A program made the position numbers and the translations under genes. A stretch of DNA of 63,798 nt, filler included, from Folioceros fuciformis (lineage: Eukaryota): NCBI GenBank assembly GCA_049999805.1. It is 7 parts of 7 records of this genome, joined end to end, with 100 filler letters (N's around TTAATTAATTAA, not from the genome) between each part and the next. Parts side by side here need not be neighbours in the genome. Positions count along the whole stretch, not along the records: positions 18,672 to 26,665 come from JBNGIO010001301.1; positions 26,766 to 29,746 come from JBNGIO010001302.1; positions 29,847 to 45,233 come from JBNGIO010001303.1; 4 more parts are not named here. One strand, written 5' to 3'. Position 1 is the first letter of the stretch, and every line of letters begins with the position of its first letter. This document shows, piece by piece, positions 25,530 to 37,043 of the stretch. The notes under the pieces were generated by a model, which had not been told where the DNA came from, made no database searches, and saw only the letters and a program-made list of their open reading frames with translations.

Positions 25530-26228
25530 GTATCTTGCTCTTTTGTAAGCTCCTACCATGAAGCAGTTGGAACTCCATTGACTGGCCTGTGACTTGCTAG
25601 GTGTTACGTACATGCACAAGAGGGTCCTTGAAAGAGAGGTACCCTGAAATCATGCACACAGATGGTGACATGCCCATTAAATTTTGTGCTGGAAGTGGCA
25701 GGTATTTTCTGCAGAAGCGTGCGGATGCGAAGGCTGTGTGACCATCACGCATATGTAGCAAGACGCAGGACGAGCCTCTACCTCCTCACCTGCCTCGTCC
25801 ACATGTGTGAGCTCGGTACATCCAAATCTGCAGTCCAAATCCAGATGGGCAGCTCTCAGGACCTGCCCTCATGTCCAGCCTTCGCTTACAACTCACGGCA
25901 ACTTCATGAATTCAATTGCAGCGTTCCAGCTACTCGGAGAGACTTGTGAGTACCGAGACTGTCACTCTGAGCACGTCTGAAAAGTAACCGCAACTGCCCC
26001 GGCTCAAACGCTTGTGACAAGCTTTACGAGCTCATTGATGCTCGTTTCTTTTCTGCTCAGGCTGGACGATGACGATGCCTGAACCAGAGCTTGCGACATG
26101 CACGCCATCAATCAACAGGCGCTGCGTTGTCCTCAAATTCTGACATAGGGTGATGGGCTGGAATTGAGGCAGAACAGCAGCAGCTTGCAAGACGGTACTG
26201 TCAGGGGCCTAGTAACTCCGGTAGCGCA

Positions 26229-26665
26229 GCATTGCGCAGCTATAAATGGGCAAGCGCAGAACCTAGAAGGCAGGCAGGGCCGACGCGAGAGGACGATGCA
26301 ATTTGTTTTTTGAATAGAGCAAGTAGGAATTTGGACACGGGCCAGTTTTACCTCGGGTGAAATAGTGTGTCCGTTGGAGCGTACGGACGACGGGTGTGGT
26401 CCAGCCAGTTCCTGCGCCGCTGAAGGGAGCAGCGCCTCGCACTTGAAGCATTCTTGGAGCTCTTCTGCTCCAGACGCGCTTGCCGGCTGGCTGGCTGCTT
26501 CACACCTGAGTCTCACCCGCTCCGCGTGATTGTGAGTCTCACGACGCAGCCGCTTAGCACCGTCCGTCGAACGTCCAATCAGCTATGGCCAGATTTGATG
26601 CGCGATCACCTACCAGGCGGGTCACGTTGCTGCTCTCTCTCGCCTGCCTCGGCCTGGTGCTCCTG
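26229..26665 (-). CDS. Probable last exons of an unidentified gene cut by the contig end
   Basis: GT-AG-joined open frames ..RESSNVTRL|LIGRSTDGAKRLRRE..NGHTISPE|VLRLPIYSCAMLRYRSY*; no family recognised. Confidence 0.3.
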
Positions 26666-26765
26666 NNNNNNNNNNNNNNNNNNNNNNNNNNNNNNNNNNN
26701 NNNNNNNNNTTAATTAATTAANNNNNNNNNNNNNNNNNNNNNNNNNNNNNNNNNNNNNNNNNNNN
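26666..26765. other. Artificial contig spacer
   Basis: N44-TTAATTAATTAA-N44. Confidence 0.98.
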
Positions 26766-29519
26766 AGATGAACCATAAAGCAATAGACATAGAGGCAACT
26801 GCTCCAAGACCACAGAAACTCTGTACCATGCCATATTTCGCCTGCAGCAAGCCGTGATGGGAGGCCCAGCAGGAAATGTCCTATCCCAACCAGGCCAAAG
26901 GGAGATGACAAGATAGTCAGCAAGTTCCGTATAATCAAGAGAATGACCGCTCTCCTGGAAGTCTCCTTGGTGGCCATCTTTTTCCAGGTGCGTCGCAGAG
27001 GACTGGCAGTCATACACATGGGGACTAGAGTGGTGGCACCCAATATGGCGATGGCATAATTCAAAACTGAAATTACAGCAAGACCTATTGTTGCCGCTGC
27101 CAGCAGGAAAGCCTTCAGGATCCTCCAAGAGTTGTCCTCCTCCTCAGCAGACCTCAGTAAAGCAAAATCAGGGCTTCTACATACCACTGGCGTGAACTGT
27201 AATGAAGCCCACAAGCTCAGGATAGCCAAGGAAGCCCAGGCAGCTACTCTGAACTCGTCATCTGAAATGTTTCTAACCAAGAGGATAGATCCGAATGAAG
27301 AGTGCCCAAGCATGGAGTGAAGAAGAGGAGGAAGACATGCCACGAGGGCGGACCAGGAATAAACTACGAGAACGACCAATAACGGTTGGATTGATTGTCC
27401 ACTCAAATTGCTTGGATTAGCTCCCACCACATCCTGTACAACCCTTCCACCTGCCTCCTTCTGTCTAAGTCCTCCCATGCGTTTTTTGTCTCCACCAGCA
27501 AACGACCACAGAGATGCAGCCTCCAGGGGAAAGCTTACAAGGAGTAGGAAAACTGGTATCATGTACACGCTGATTGCTATGAACTTGGTTGGAGAAGTCA
27601 TGACATAGAGGAATAGCGAATGATGGAGTTTCTCAAGTAGATTATTAACGGATCGCACCAAAAGCTCCAGCAGACTGCGCACAGAGACCACTGTTTACAA
27701 ATATAAACCATCCAGATTCAACAAAAGCTTGATCTTTTCAGACATGAACCTGCCCAGTCTTTGAAGTGCATCAATCTGACTTGTAGCATCTGATATCGGC
27801 CCTCCAGGAAAAAATTGCAGGGTGACCGCATCCACTTGGTAATCCCTGAAAGCCCCGTGAGCTCCTGTTGGCACACCGAGAGCCTTCACAGGCACATCAT
27901 AAGAGAGAAGATTCAGTAGGCAATCAAGATCCGTTGTATTGAAGTTCAAGGCTTGGTTCCCACCAACATTACCTGGTCTGACATTGATTTTGCAAACGTT
28001 GCCAGGCCACTGACATAGTCTGAGCCCGTAATATGGTAGTTCCAATCAATATTCCACTTCCGTAACTGTTTGCTCAATCTTTCCAACAGGCCACCCACAT
28101 TTCGCACCCATGCAGAGTTCAACAAGGTTGCTGATGAACCAAGAATCAGGTGAAAACCATGCCCCCACCCTGTTGCTATTGTGTTGCAGATATTCACAAG
28201 GTCAAGATTGACCATTTGTCCATTCAAGCCTTGTCCCTGCACCTGGAGGTAGGTCACGCCCTTCAGGCCATATTCTTGCCCCTGCTGCAGCTCAACTACC
28301 AAGCCCGCAGCAATCGTGCCAGCGCGCTTGAAGTCACCCAAAAGCAAGTCATCGGGGTTCTTCCAACATCCACAGCTATTAACAATCGGAGAAGTGTTTG
28401 AGCCATATGTGGCATCGGTGCCCAGACAAGGCTGCTGCTGGCAAATATCCCCTGACAGTAAGCTCCTGTACACTGGTCCGGTTGGCAAAATGGGCTCGTG
28501 ATACTCTTTCAGCCAGGCAGCCACAGCAGCGTAAGTCCCATATCGAGAGTCTGCCACAAGCCAGATAACGTCCTTAGCCAGCCACAAAGCCTTGCTAAGG
28601 AGACCAACAACTTCCAGTCCAATCCCTAAAGCCAAAGAATCTTTGACAGCTATATTCTGGGCGTCGACAGGCGTGACCAAGACTATGGCATCATTTCCTT
28701 CTCCTCGTGGAGCCCTTATAATGCCAACCACGTTAACAGCTGGGCTTCTGGTCACCTCCTTGTTCTCCCTACGCACTTGCCAATGATAGTCTTGAGATAC
28801 ATTCTCCTTCGAATTTGTAAAGAAGCGGACAGATCCAAAAGGGTTCACAGATGGGGCAAATGGTTGTAAGTAAGAGTCCACTCCGAGAGCTTCAAAGTTG
28901 CTCAATAGCCACTTCTGTATTGCCCTGCATAACCACGGATTCAAGATCCTTGCTTTCAACTAAATTAGGCTGCAAGAGAATAGCACAATCATTCACCGAT
29001 CTTCTCTTGCACAGACTCACAAGGGTGCTTCTGTCCTATGGGCAATCAAACGCTGGACCTCATCCGCTAACACTCTGGCATCTCTTGCATTTGCTTCTCC
29101 AAAGTGTGCGTCCGCTGACCCTGCAGATAGCACGAGAAACTATGCAATGAGCTTTGTCGCATTGGAGCAGTGCCCCATCTTACAGAATGAATCAAACAAT
29201 CCTCTGACCTGGCATCAATGCATTTTCAGAGACAGAAGTATTCTTGGCCAAGGCCGGCAGCAGCAACAAGATCACCAAGCCAGCCAAGTAGCAGAACGTA
29301 CTTTCCTCCCACAAGGGTATAAACTTCGTTAGGATACGAACCAATGAAAACATGAAAGAGAAGCTGAAGGCTGCAGCTCAGAGACTAACACCGCTGGAAG
29401 TCCGTGGCTCACCTCACCACATGGGCGTGCTTGACTAACAGCGTTCCAACTCGAACAGCCAGCCTCTGCTGCCGTTCATGGGGGCTTGCTGCAGAAGCCA
29501 TCTTTTTAGACGGATCCAT
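26766..29519 (-). CDS. GPAA1: GPI transamidase component GPAA1/GAA1, multi-exon, 3'-truncated at spacer
   Basis: MDPSKK..LAVRVGTLLVKH, LLPALAKNTSVSENALMPG, NVVGIIRAPRGEGNDAIVLVTP, WLAKDVIWLVADS, GLNGQMVNLDLVN, GAHGAFRDYQVDAVTL, RSVNNLLEKLHHSLFLY and multiple C-terminal TM helices. Confidence 0.93.
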
Positions 29520-29746
29520 TTTGGGTTTGCTTTCCAGGGCACAACTGCTCTTCTTAAAATTAGAGAACTGCGAAACGAGAGAAATAAGGATTCACACTTC
29601 GGTAGCGGTAGTCTTGCGTGTGCTCTTCCAACCATGTCGGTAAGCTTGCGTCTCGCGATCCGTTTGTGGGCATATTCCGTCTCGTGGAATGCGTGTGAAC
29701 AGGCCTGATGCTTTGGAGCGCCGCAGATTACGACCTACAATGGAAG

Positions 29747-29846
29747 NNNNNNNNNNNNNNNNNNNNNNNNNNNNNNNNNNNNNNNNNNNNTTAATTAATT
29801 AANNNNNNNNNNNNNNNNNNNNNNNNNNNNNNNNNNNNNNNNNNNN
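29747..29846. other. Artificial contig spacer
   Basis: N44-TTAATTAATTAA-N44. Confidence 0.98.
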
Positions 29847-31325
29847 ACATGAAATATGGAAAACCGGAAATTAAACTATTCAAAGAAGAAGGTCCTCCAA
29901 ATTGTAGAAAGTAAGACTAAATTTATTTGAAAAATTAATTTTGATTCTTACTTGGATTTTTTGTAATAATTTTTATTATTTTTTATTATGATTATGTAGG
30001 TTTACTTATATGGTGAGTATTGATGTACCTCACTTTGGTATCCTAGAGTGCGTTGGCAACCCAGAGTCTAAAATATTATTAGCTCAACACTCTACTATAA
30101 GACAAATGCTCACAAAGTTAACAGCATCTTTAACCCATTCAAAAAGGTGCAAAGTAACCCTTGTACAAATTTAAATTTTGTGCAAGTTTGCTAATGTTGG
30201 TTAGGGTTAGCTTAAGACCTTTTCATTTGAACTAGAAAATACACCAATATGATAAAAACAGTAAAATTTTTAATTTTATCTTCATAATGTCTTAAGGCTA
30301 AAAGTTATGGTTGAAGTTTTGGTTTGAGACCTTATTTTTAGATAGAATTTAGCTTGTAGGTTGGGCACAACACAATATTACACACGATGCCGCGTGTGTT
30401 TTCATTCGCCAAGGAGGCTAGGTTTTTTACTTTCAGGGAGCGCCCATATTTCTCCGTAACGTCCCTTTGGACTAATCTTTTCCTCATCCAATGAGAATAG
30501 GATTTTTGCTTTGATGTAGTCTTAACAGACCCAACATATGTCATGTTTTACTCCCAAGGTTCTTAACTCTTGAGGTCAGGCAATAGAGGGGAGAACATTG
30601 GTTAAGATTCACAAGTACACCCCTTTGCAAGCTAGACACGCCTTTATTCCCTTGCCATTGAGATCCAAGTGGCCATGTACAAGGCATTTTCCAAGTTTCA
30701 AAACAAACAACATCAAAAAACAAAGTCCTACTTGTTAGCCAGTTACTTGGTGTTCTCCCTCTTTCCTCTGTGGTGGTCTTCTTTCGACAACGTGTATCCA
30801 TTGCTTTGCAATCAGCATGCAGTTTTTCGAACAGCAACAAGCGCAGGTCACGCGGCTTCTTCGGCACCGGTGGTCGGTAGACCTTTTGTTATTTCACATC
30901 TTGACATTTTGGGAGCAGTAGATAATTTTTGAAAATAATATTTTCAGAGAGGAGAGTTCCTCTTTTTACCTTTGGCCCTAAGGATTGTTCCTCCAATCTT
31001 TGGAGTACTTTTTATTTTTTTTTCAATCATAGAAAATACACTTCTTTGCTTGAATATTGATTAGAGACATAATTTTGGTATTATGATGAAGGTAAGTTGG
31101 AAAGTAGGTAAGTTGAATAAATTGAATAATGATGTTCAACTCAGTTCCATAATGTGGGAACGTCCCACATTTGCAGAGTGTGGCAGTACCATCATGTCCA
31201 CTTGTAGGGTAGGCTGAAATAGCAAATATGAGTCTCGGTGCCTCCGGCACTTGAATGAATTGTGTAGGAAACCAGTATTAATCAGCAGCAGCGCACAGAA
31301 TCTCACGCACTGTGATACCTGATTT

Positions 31326-32696
31326 CTAAACAGTATCGAGCTTTTTGAAAAACTCCACAAGAAGCTTATTCACTAGCTCGGGCTGTTGTTCTTGCATGAA
31401 ATGGCCGGCTGGAACCCTTACATATCCTTGCAAATTAGGGGCTTTCTTTTGTAGACGCTCGTAGTCTATAGGCCCCAATACTTTGTTTACGTAGTCTAGC
31501 TCTCCCTCTATGTACAAGAACGGTGGTTTAATCGTCAGGCCCTCCAAAGCAGCTTCAAGCTCCCAGTTTCTGCATTTACGACTAATGGCAACACTCAACA
31601 GCCAACAGGGGCAAGGACTACAATCGAGTCTCGAAAGCATGAGCTCACTTAAAAGCTTGCATCACCTCGCACACCTGTCAAGGTTGATGTAAGTCATGCG
31701 GATAGGATCGGAGAAACCAGAGTTTTCATACAGCTGGACGTAAACGTCGATGTCCTCATCCGACAGGAAAGGTGGAATCTTGTCGGAAGGCTTGACGAGA
31801 TCCATGATTTCCTCCCCTTCCGAGGCTACCTGCAACTCAGATCTGCAGAAGAGCTTGTAAATGTTGGTGAACACTGTCCTCACATCAAATCGTGCGAAGT
31901 CAGCCTCCGCCCTCCCCTCTTGCTGCAACAGACGAATGCCGGGCAAACGATTCCAATTAAAACCGTAAAAGGAAAACAAGTGCTTGCTTGCATCAAATGA
32001 ATTTGTAAGCTGCACTGGCGAGAAGAGTATAAGCACCGAAAAGCGCGAGACATAAAACCCCTCCGGAAATGCAGAAAGCACCGTCCCCTTATCACCTCGG
32101 CCGAGGTACGGAATGCCCAGTGCGACATATCCCTTTACCAAATCGGGTCTGAGTAATACTAAAGTGTATCCTATAACCGCTCCTATGTCGTGAGCGGCCA
32201 AATAAGCCTGCGGAATTCATTCAATATCCCTGAGAGTTGGCATCAGCTTCTCACACTCTCCAGTAATGAGGTGAAGGGAAAGACCCGGCCTCGCAGTCGC
32301 TCACCTTTTCCTCACCTAGAGCCAGTATTAGGCCGACCAAGTCACCAACAACATCAATCCTGTATAGCTTGCCACTACCATGCGGGTTCCCAGTGCGCCC
32401 GAAGCCACGGAGATCTGGCGCAACAGCATGGAATCCTGCCTCGGCCAAGGCCTTGAGTTGGTGTCTCCAGGAATACCAAATTTCGGGGAATCCATGAAGC
32501 AAGAGCACCACGGGGCCTGCGTTACTTGATTAGTTAACACAACTTGCGATGTTTACCTAGCGATTACACAAGGACGGCACTGATGTGCTCGCGCCGAAAA
32601 CCGGTGCTCACCGGAGCCTTGTTCGGCTATGTGGATGTTGGTGCCGGATGCCAGCTGCACAAATCGATGTCGAAGCTGATGTAGCGGGGCGGCCAT
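31326..32696 (-). CDS. Soluble epoxide hydrolase (alpha/beta hydrolase), multi-exon
   Basis: IHIAEQGSG|PVVLLLHGFPEIWYSWRHQL..AVAPDLRGFG, nucleophile region AHDIGA, lid Tyr in FYVSRF, acid GELD and catalytic His in AGHFMQEQQPELVN. Confidence 0.92.
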
Positions 32697-32805
32697 GGTG
32701 CCGCAGCTAGAGTATGCACAGTCGTCGTGAAGGAATTCGAAGGAGGAAGGATTATCCTTCGGGGCCTGCGACACTGTTTGTGAATCAAATGGTTCCAACC
32801 ATACT

Positions 32806-32885
32806 ATAACTTTGACAAAGACTGACGGGATGTTCAACCATAACTTTGACAAAGACTGACGGGATGTTCAACCATAACTTTGACA
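32806..32885. repeat. 34-bp tandem repeat (2.3 copies) upstream of epoxide hydrolase
   Basis: ATAACTTTGACAAAGACTGACGGGATGTTCAACC twice, then ATAACTTTGACA. Confidence 0.9.
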
Positions 32886-35028
32886 CAGTCTAAATTGATC
32901 TGTCTGTGTCACATGATGAAACACCGAAGTCTCAGCGCAAGGCGTGACAACTCGAGTGATGCATCCGCGACGTACGGCTTGATGGTGTCGGTTGTCCTCA
33001 CCGGATGCGACGTAAGAAGAGTAAGCGTCACTGACGTGTACAAGATATTGTAACTTTGACATGCTCAAGAACGTGTTTTCTGTTACCTGGCTACAGGAAG
33101 GCAAAACTTAGAGGGGGGCGGGTACGTGGGAAGGGACAGGCCGAACCATTCCTCGGGACTATACAGGCCAGTACCTCGGATAGTGCCACAAACGATCTTC
33201 TCTCTTTCTGCATACTGCTTGATGAAGTCTACTAGCTATGCTGGCAAATTGATCTGCGTCCAGCCTCTCAGAAACTTTGAAGCACGGACGTAAACCCCAA
33301 ACCAACCCGCCTTATACAAAATTTCCACGCCCACTGGCTGCCTAATGCTGGCACCTGTAGGGCATGTTTGGAATTTGTCGGCCCCAGCTGTAAGAGCCCT
33401 GTGTACACTGTTGAAAGTGGAAAGCCAGCACATTCATCACCATCCTGTGCATTCCTTGCATTCTGTGCACGTTGTTCATGTCAAGATCTCTGCCATCCTC
33501 TACCACATTCCTGAAGAGCAAAGGATTTAAGGAATGCATGATCCAGAGTTGATGTGCGGAGGGACTCATATTAGCTCATGGACTCCACTGGAGTAACTTG
33601 TGTGTGATGGGATGAGGAATCTGCTCATACAAGCAAGTCATCATCCCATATTTAACTTCTGCAAGTAGCTCAAAACGTACAGTCTTGCATGGTCTTCATG
33701 AGAAGCAAAGAAACTGAGGCTCATTACATGGATCACTGAATTGCTAACCACAAAAAGATTGCAGATAGCAAGAATATTGCAACGTGCACGAATGATCTCA
33801 ACTGGTGCATCCTGCAGGGAAACGACCGTGCACTCTTACAGGTCTGAGCTTTTGATATGACGCTTTCGCAGCATCTCTGACAATGACCACCTGTCCCCAC
33901 GGAGAGAACCATCCGAATGCCTCACAATGAAGCGCTGGGTGCAGAGCTGCAAACATGGAATGGCTGTTTACACCTTCAAAAGCATTGTCGTCAAGCCCAG
34001 TGCTCCTGCTACAGAAGCCTTCAGATGAAATGTGGGGCTGTCCCAGATTCCAAACACAAGGTGAGTAATTGCTGGAACCACAGCTCAAGAAGGTAACAGA
34101 CAAGGGCACGAGAAGCAGGAAGAGAATGGGATGCAGCCCACATTGCCAGAGGGGGAGACAAAACAAGCAATGCACGATGTGCCAGAAGCTCCCGGCGTCC
34201 AGGGGCTTAACTAATACCCTAAATTCACGACAAAGATGAACTTCAGTCTGTCTCCAAATGATTAACCAATATGCTGCGAAGACATTTCTCACGACAGACG
34301 ACCTTAAGTGTGCGCAATGCATCGATAGAAATCACAGGGTCTCGAACACTTTGTGCCAAAAGATTCAGAACTTTGGTGAATTTATGGACTCCACAGGAGT
34401 ATCTGTGTGTGATGAGATGAGGAATCTGCCAGGTTGAGTCGTAAGTACGTCGCTACGTACCATGTTCAATGGCCGAGAAAGATAAGGTCAATGCTTGCCA
34501 CGGTCTCGAACACTCATGCCAAAGCAGGCAGACTTGAGAGCTCAATACTTCTCGTCAGCGAATCCGTTGAGACTCATTGTGCATTCTCCAGCCAGAGCTC
34601 CACAATGCATTCATCCGTCTTAAAATTTTCAGTCACGCTGTGAGGAAGTACGGTGGCTGCGTTTCGTATTTTAACTTCAGGCTGGTAGTATGTCAGCCGA
34701 TGAGTTTCTCCACGGAATGTTGCATCTATTCTCTGGTCGGGGATATCGTACATCCTGACACTTTCTTGCAGGTAGAGCTTCGTCAGGTTTGATGATGAGA
34801 TAGCCGCTGATATGTGTTCCTTTCGCGAGACATCAGCAAAGGAGTCACTTCACGGTGTGAGGCCGTGATGTAGAGGCACTACCTACGTATGGAGTCAGTG
34901 CTTGATAATGTAGCAGGCACTGACACCCTAAGGAGATGGTGAGGCTTGCTGAGAAGAAGAAAGGAGCAGCAGGGACGAGCAACATTCGATGCCGCCAGGG
35001 AATCATTCAAGCCTCCAATCTCCTCTCA

Positions 35029-36213
35029 TCATGGAGCGGCAGCGGGAGCAGCAGCAGCAAGGGTGTCATAGGAGTAGAGCCAGTCGTAGAAATCCTGAGC
35101 CCTGGAGGACATTAAGTTCTGCGACTCGTCGGAGACCCTCTCAACCCTGGGGATCCGGACCTGTTCGTACCTGCGGAGTGCGGTCTCCACATCCTCGGCG
35201 GCCCCAGGGGACGAGAGCTGCTTGGCCAGCTCCAGCCCATCCTCATAGGCAAGGTTGGCACCTTGGCCAAGGGACGGCGGCACGGCGTGCGCGGCGTCCC
35301 CGAGCAGCACAACGCGGCCCTTGTACCACTTCGGCAGGACAGGCAGGTCGATGACGCGCCGCTCCAGGATGAGCCCGGGGTCTGTTGCCTGCACAATATC
35401 GGCAGCGAAGCTCCAATCTCGAAACTCATCCAAGACCCTCTCCTTCGCGTGCTCCTGATCCCGCGACCGCTCCTTTGCGCGGCCGTCGGAGGCGTCGTCC
35501 GCCAAGCTCAGGGCCCAGTACAGCGTCTGCTTCACCCCGACAACGATGAAGACTGTCCTTCCCGCAGCAGCCCCGGCAACGGCCCCGACGTGTCCTTGCA
35601 CGGCTGGGATCCCCCGACAGAGCTCCCTGTCCACCACGGCACGCCACATCGTCCTGCCTTGGTCCCGCGGCTGCATCGGCCCGAAAATGCACTCTCGGAC
35701 ACGAGACCGGATCCCGTCCGCCCCGATCACCAGCGCGCCCGTCACCTGCACCACTTCCTGGCGATGGCGGAAGACGGCAGTGGCGGAGTCCGGGCCCGAG
35801 GTGACGTCCAGGAATTCGTGGCCCGTGTGGAGGCAGTCTGGGGGGAGCGCCTCCGCGAGCACCCGCAGCGCGTCCCTCCACAGCACGGCTACCATCGGGT
35901 AGCCGTAAGTGGCCCGCATCCGGGTTGAGATGCCCCATCCCGCCCCGGGGATCGGCTCCCCCTTGTTGTTCACCACCAGGGACGCCCCGTCCGTCAGCCC
36001 CTGCTCCTCCATCCGCTGGACCAGCTGTGCCTGCGGCTGCGCCAAAGCCCGGCAGCCGTTGGGGAAGAGCGAGACGATGGTCCCCGTGCCCGGTCCTCCC
36101 AGAATGCTCTCATTCCGCTCATAGACGTGTGCATCGATGCCATGGTTCCGCAACTGCAGCGCTGCTGCCAGCCCCCCAAGTCCACCTCCCACGATCACCA
36201 CCTTGTCCGCCAT
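35029..36213 (-). CDS. FAD-dependent monooxygenase (group A flavoprotein hydroxylase, ZEP/salicylate hydroxylase-like), intronless, GC-rich
   Basis: VIVGGGLGGLAAA..YER (GxGxxG), LVIGADGIRSRVR (DG motif) and RVVLLGDAAHAVPPSLGQGANLAYEDG (GD motif). Confidence 0.93.
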   Translation of the reverse strand: MADKVVIVGGGLGGLAAALQLRNHGIDAHVYERNESILGGPGTGTIVSLFPNGCRALAQPQAQLVQRMEEQGLTDGASLVVNNKGEPIPGAGWGISTRMRATYGYPMVAVLWRDALRVLAEALPPDCLHTGHEFLDVTSGPDSATAVFRHRQEVVQVTGALVIGADGIRSRVRECIFGPMQPRDQGRTMWRAVVDRELCRGIPAVQGHVGAVAGAAAGRTVFIVVGVKQTLYWALSLADDASDGRAKERSRDQEHAKERVLDEFRDWSFAADIVQATDPGLILERRVIDLPVLPKWYKGRVVLLGDAAHAVPPSLGQGANLAYEDGLELAKQLSSPGAAEDVETALRRYEQVRIPRVERVSDESQNLMSSRAQDFYDWLYSYDTLAAAAPAAAP

Positions 36214-36356
36214 CGCGCCCTCTTACGGATGCTTCTCAGTAATGCCCCCACACCACCACCACAGGTATAAAACGCTACGCCATCGCGCCCTCTTACTGAT
36301 GCTTCTCAGCAATGCCCCCACACCACCACCACGGGTATAAAACGCTACGCCATCGC
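36208..36356. repeat. 70-bp tandem duplication overlapping the monooxygenase start codon
   Basis: Units at 36208-36277 and 36278-36347 (3 mismatches) plus partial CGCCATCGC at 36348. Confidence 0.92.
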
Positions 36357-37043
36357 TCCTAACTCATCAAGTTATTTTTTGTATTTTCTACACCCTTTAC
36401 AATTTCAAAATAAGGATTTGTGGTATGCTGTGCGAGCCCTGGTCCGTTGCCTGGTCAAATCATATTGCGTTGCAGTGAGTAGGCAAAGGACTTCGTCATT
36501 CCCTGAAAGCTGCCGCGGAAATTCAGTTGCCCGGAATGCCACACTCGCTTTCATCGACACGCAAGCAGGCCAAACCTAGGAAAGTAGTGCAGGTCTTCCA
36601 TTGCGATAGGACACGGCTCTCTGCATCAGATACGTGGTAAAACAAGGGTCTCAACATCAAATTATCAGAGTTTGGGCCTGCGAACAGCTCTTTGCACAGT
36701 CCCGCATCGGCGAGGGCCGTTGCAGCTAGGCAAATCTGCTAAACTGAGTTTTCTGTACAAACAATCTATAACGTTGTAATGGACCCTGCAAGCACACAAC
36801 ACGAGCCCGTCACCAGTGACCTCCAACACGATGCAAGCTGGTCTTGCTTCAGCTTCTTAAAGGTACACCAGCACAAAAAATGAATTGCCAAGGTGTCAAC
36901 CACCGCAAGAGAGAAAGACCGGGCCGTAAAGGACTTACATGATACGAGAACTGCCAGGGACTCGCCAGCAATTCCCCCATAGCCACAGCACAGCCTCGAG
37001 ATAGATTCGGCACCGTCAACCTGTCTGCTCACCAAAATGCTTG

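Noticed and set aside
31080-31171. USE-like TCCCACAT followed by ACTTACCT (U1-like) on the minus strand
   Set aside because: No correctly spaced TATA box, and the downstream sequence does not resemble U1 snRNA.
32806-32885. 34-bp repeats as a possible CRISPR array
   Set aside because: Directly tandem with no spacers, no cas genes, and a eukaryotic context.
32908-33038. Possible C/D box snoRNA (ATGATGA at 32913, CTGA at 33031)
   Set aside because: Terminal stem is only about 3 bp and I recognised no rRNA/snRNA-complementary guide; would need snoscan or Infernal support.
34989-36242. Many overlapping ORFs around the monooxygenase
   Set aside because: Stop-poor alternative frames caused by high GC.
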